NCBI RefSeq assembly: GCF_000143415.4
Contig: NW_003314335.1
Span: 1-10,678, forward strand
Length of the DNA stretch: 10,678 bases
Direction: 5' to 3'
Origin: Selaginella moellendorffii
Lineage: Eukaryota; Plantae; Lycopodiophyta
Shown here: positions 7,457 through 10,678 of the stretch, piece by piece
Numbering within the stretch: position 1 is the stretch's first letter
How the letters are laid out: each line of letters begins with the position of its first letter
Position numbers and translations under genes: made by a program
The notes under the pieces: model-generated
What the model was told of the DNA's origin: nothing
Database searches by the model: none
The model's input: only the letters and a program-made list of their open reading frames with translations

Positions 7457-7489
7457 TTGGGGATATTCTTGGCTAGAGGGTTTTTATAG

Positions 7490-7497
7490 AACCCTAA
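7490..7497 (+). promoter_or_regulatory. Telo-box-like motif upstream of carA
   Basis: AACCCTAA ending 18 nt before the carA ATG; a reverse-oriented AGGGTTT lies at 7477-7483. Confidence 0.45.
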
Positions 7498-7515
7498 CGA
7501 GGGGGAGATTTTGCG

Positions 7516-9443
7516 ATGGCGATCCAGCATGCATTGTCCTCCCCTTGCTCGTCTGCTGTGTCTGGGAAGCGCGGATCAAGCGCCGCAGCTGGCGAGCGTC
7601 ATGGATTTCGTGGATCGCAGCTCCGATTTGGCTACCGGCATCGGAAATGCGGCCGATCGCTGCAGGTTTTCTGTTGTCAGCCGGCGCCTGCAGCTGCGAC
7701 GGAGATGGAAGGTGTCGCTGGCGCGCTGTGTATGTGATTTCATCTTCTTGCTTGCTTTGGATCCATTATAATCTTGGCTCTTTTGTGGGACAGTTGAGCG
7801 GCCATGGAAGACTAAAGACACAAGGCTTGTTCTTCAGGATGGATCAGTGTGGAATGGCAAGTCTTTTGGAGCTTCTGGAACGCAAGTCGGAGAAGTTGTT
7901 TTCAATACTGCCATGACCGGGTATGTATTTCTCTTTCCATTTTGGATCACAACCACTTTAAAGTGTTGCATGTCCTTCCCAGGTATCAGGAGATTATCAC
8001 TGATCCGAGTTATGCTGGCCAGTTCGTGGTTATGACTCAACCGCACATTGGGAACACTGGCGTCAATTTTGGTCAGTTTTTCCGTTCTCAACCTTGGGTT
8101 TTAACATAAAGATGTCTGGTTTTTCTAGAGGACGAGGAATCCAGTAAGTGCCATCTTTGTGGTCTAATTGTTCGAAGCTTAAGTGACCGGTAAGTACGCT
8201 AACCTTTAGAAAATACTCATTTTTCTTTTTGGTTTTGTTCTTCTTTCTTCTGTGTCTAGCGTTTCAAACTGGAGGGCTACTCAGACACTGGCAGAATATT
8301 TACAAAAGAGGAACATCATGGGCATATGTAAGGCGAGAGTCTGTTTTGTTTTTTTTTTTTTCATTTTGTAATGTCGTTATTGCAGCCTATCTGGACACCC
8401 GAGCTATCACCAGAAGATTGAGAAATGATGGAAGTTTGAATGGGGTCCTCAGCACTGATGCAACAAAAACGGATGAAGAGCTCTTACATATAGCTCAAAA
8501 CTGGACCATTGTTGGTAAGAGGAATCTTGGATGACACAAATCATTCCTTTTTTTTTCTGACATCTCGTAAGTTTCTCTTCAGGGAAGGATTTGATCTCAG
8601 GTGTAAGCTGTACACGGCCTTATGAGTGGAAAGATACTACACGCCACGAATGGGAGTTTAGCAAGGACGCGGTTGCAGCTTGTGACAAGCTACAGGTAGC
8701 TCACTGATTTTTTTTTCTTACTTCAGAAAACATGTGTACCTCTATGGCAGGTTGTGGCTTATGATTTTGGTGTCAAGCATAACATATTGCAGCGCTTGGC
8801 TTCTTATGGCTGCAACATCACGGTGGTGCCGTCAAACTGGCCGGTCTCGGAAGTGATGAAGTTAAAACCAGATGGCATTCTTTTCAGCAATGGACCCGGT
8901 GATCCATCTGCGGTACCATATGCCGTCGAAACGGTGAAGGAGCTGCTGGGACAGGTTCCAGTGTTTGGCATTTGCATGGGGCATCAACTCCTGGGACAAG
9001 CACTGGGTGGAAAAACGTTCAAGATGAAGTTTGGCCATCACGGTGGTAACCATCCTGTTCGCCATCTTCCTACGGGACGTGTTGAGATTAGCTCCCAGGT
9101 ACGAATTACCACAGCTATTCACTGGTCACTAAGCTAATGCTTGATAATTTCTTTTTCCTCTTTAGAATCACAATTACGCTGTGGATATTGCGACTTTGCC
9201 GGAGGGAGTGGAGGTCACTCACGTCAACTTGAACGACGGAACTTGTGCCGGGTTAACGTACCCGGCCATGAAGGTGATGGGCATACAATACCACCCGGAG
9301 TCGTCTCCAGGCCCGCATGACGCTGATCCAGGTAAGGCTGCAAATCTCTCAATCAATCAAACGTCTCGCTAACCTTTGTTTTGTTGATGACAGCGTTTTT
9401 TGAGTTTGTTCAAATGATGATACAAAACCGGCTGCTGCAATGA
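7516..9443 (+). CDS. carA: Carbamoyl-phosphate synthase small (glutaminase) subunit, plastid-targeted, 10 exons, about 448 aa
   Basis: Exons: 7516-7711 (or 7729), 7794-7920, 7983-8071, 8129-8189, 8260-8327, 8386-8514, 8583-8695, 8751-9098, 9166-9331, 9394-9443. Motifs: [65 protein letters not shown] (catalytic Cys), [30 protein letters not shown] (His-Glu). The Ser/Arg/Ala-rich N-terminus resembles a transit peptide. Confidence 0.97.
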
Positions 9444-9743
9444 CAAGATTTTGATTGAAGGAAACCCGTGATCGTTTCTTTCAGCCCGGAGTAAATAATA
9501 CCATGGTTTTTGGGGGGTCATGGACCGAAATTGTGATTGCCCGTCTCACTCCGGAAGGAACCATTTGGAAATAAATGGCTAAGGTTTTGTGTGACCGTTG
9601 GATTGGATTTTGATTGCCACCGCTCCAGCGATTTGAGATTCCTACAATCTAGCCGAAGGATGGAGAGAAAATTTTTTAAATGACGATAAAATCGTATATG
9701 GCGACCGTGGAAATGATTGGAACTTCATGGTGATACCAACAAC

Positions 9744-9919
9744 NNNNNNNNNNNNNNNNNNNNNNNNNNNNNNNNNNNNNNNNNNNNNNNNNNNNNNNNN
9801 NNNNNNNNNNNNNNNNNNNNNNNNNNNNNNNNNNNNNNNNNNNNNNNNNNNNNNNNNNNNNNNNNNNNNNNNNNNNNNNNNNNNNNNNNNNNNNNNNNNN
9901 NNNNNNNNNNNNNNNNNNN
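9744..9919. other. Assembly gap (176 N)
   Basis: Run of N; contiguity and distance across it are not guaranteed. Confidence 1.
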
Positions 9920-10678
9920 GGGGACGGTGTCTTTCTTTACTGTCCGGCGTCCGGCGCAGTAAAAGCCATATTTTTACTCCGCGATAAGGACCGAGGAAAC
10001 GGAAGAACGCCGCCGATCCACACCGATTTTCACACTATGCGCGGGTCAACGTCAAATCCGTTTTTACCGGGCTTCGCGCCATTTTTCCTGACGTGGCTTT
10101 TGTATGTCCGTACGTGCCATGTAGGATGGTATGAATTGTATGTATGAAATTGCTGCAGCTCTTCCTGGTAATCTAGGTAATAGGAGAGTACAGTCGCCGA
10201 ACACAATACTTCATCGTAGGTTGTACAATATTCCATCGCGCCCCACATATCCTTGTACAAGAAGCGTACGGACGTGTACTTGCATCCACCACCATATATT
10301 TCTTAATGGGTGATAGGCATTTCCAAGAGTGGTTGTTTGTTTCAAAAGATGAACCATCACTAATTAGCTATGATTCATTGAACATAGTTTTACGTTTCCA
10401 CCTTTTTCTGCACTCAAATTTTTAAAATATTGTGATGGAATTTTTGGGAATAAATCTTGGGATGGAGAAAATCTAGTTGTCAGGAAATAATTCACAATCA
10501 TCACAGGCTAATATTTATGAGGTTTCAGGGCAGAACCAGCCAGAGCAGAGATTCTTAACTGGTATTTCCCCTCCATTTTCCACATTTGACCCTGTTGCTG
10601 CCACTGCTGCCAGTGGCACCAGAGAGCTATAGTGGTGAAAAGCCTCAAAATCCTGATTTTCTTACCACCTCAACCATG

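Noticed and set aside
7422-7916. 164-aa and other overlapping ORFs at the carA 5' end
   Set aside because: Off-frame readings through promoter, transit-peptide exon and intron; the spliced carA model explains the region.
8696-8750. In-frame alternative acceptor at 8726 in carA intron 7
   Set aside because: It has a good pyrimidine tract but implies a 31-nt intron and adds 8 residues not expected from homologs.
9717-9987. ORFs spanning 9717-9987
   Set aside because: Artefacts of the N run.

Overview
Eukaryotic, gene-dense plant nuclear DNA with very short introns (42-98 nt in my models). A seed-free plant such as Selaginella is the likely source (inference). Four genes are well supported. 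(1) The 5' part of a divergent CDKC/CDK-like kinase on the minus strand, running off the left edge. (2) Head-to-head with it, a 19-exon TRIM37 orthologue (RING, B-box, coiled-coil, MATH; about 745 aa). (3) An 8-exon ACT-domain-repeat (ACR) gene (about 465 aa) whose start codon sits in a 5-nt first coding segment overlapped by a uORF. (4) 179 bp downstream, a 10-exon plastid carbamoyl-phosphate synthase small subunit (carA, about 448 aa). Between TRIM37 and ACR lie a CpG-depleted block with a possible spliced 96-aa membrane-protein ORF and a cluster of palindromes. A 176-nt N gap and an unexplained tail follow carA. I see no proven new system. The best candidate is the CDK-like/TRIM37 divergent pair sharing a 128-bp interval with telo-boxes and an MSA-type motif. 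All exon boundaries were derived by hand from splice signals and remembered homolog sequences; no search was run.
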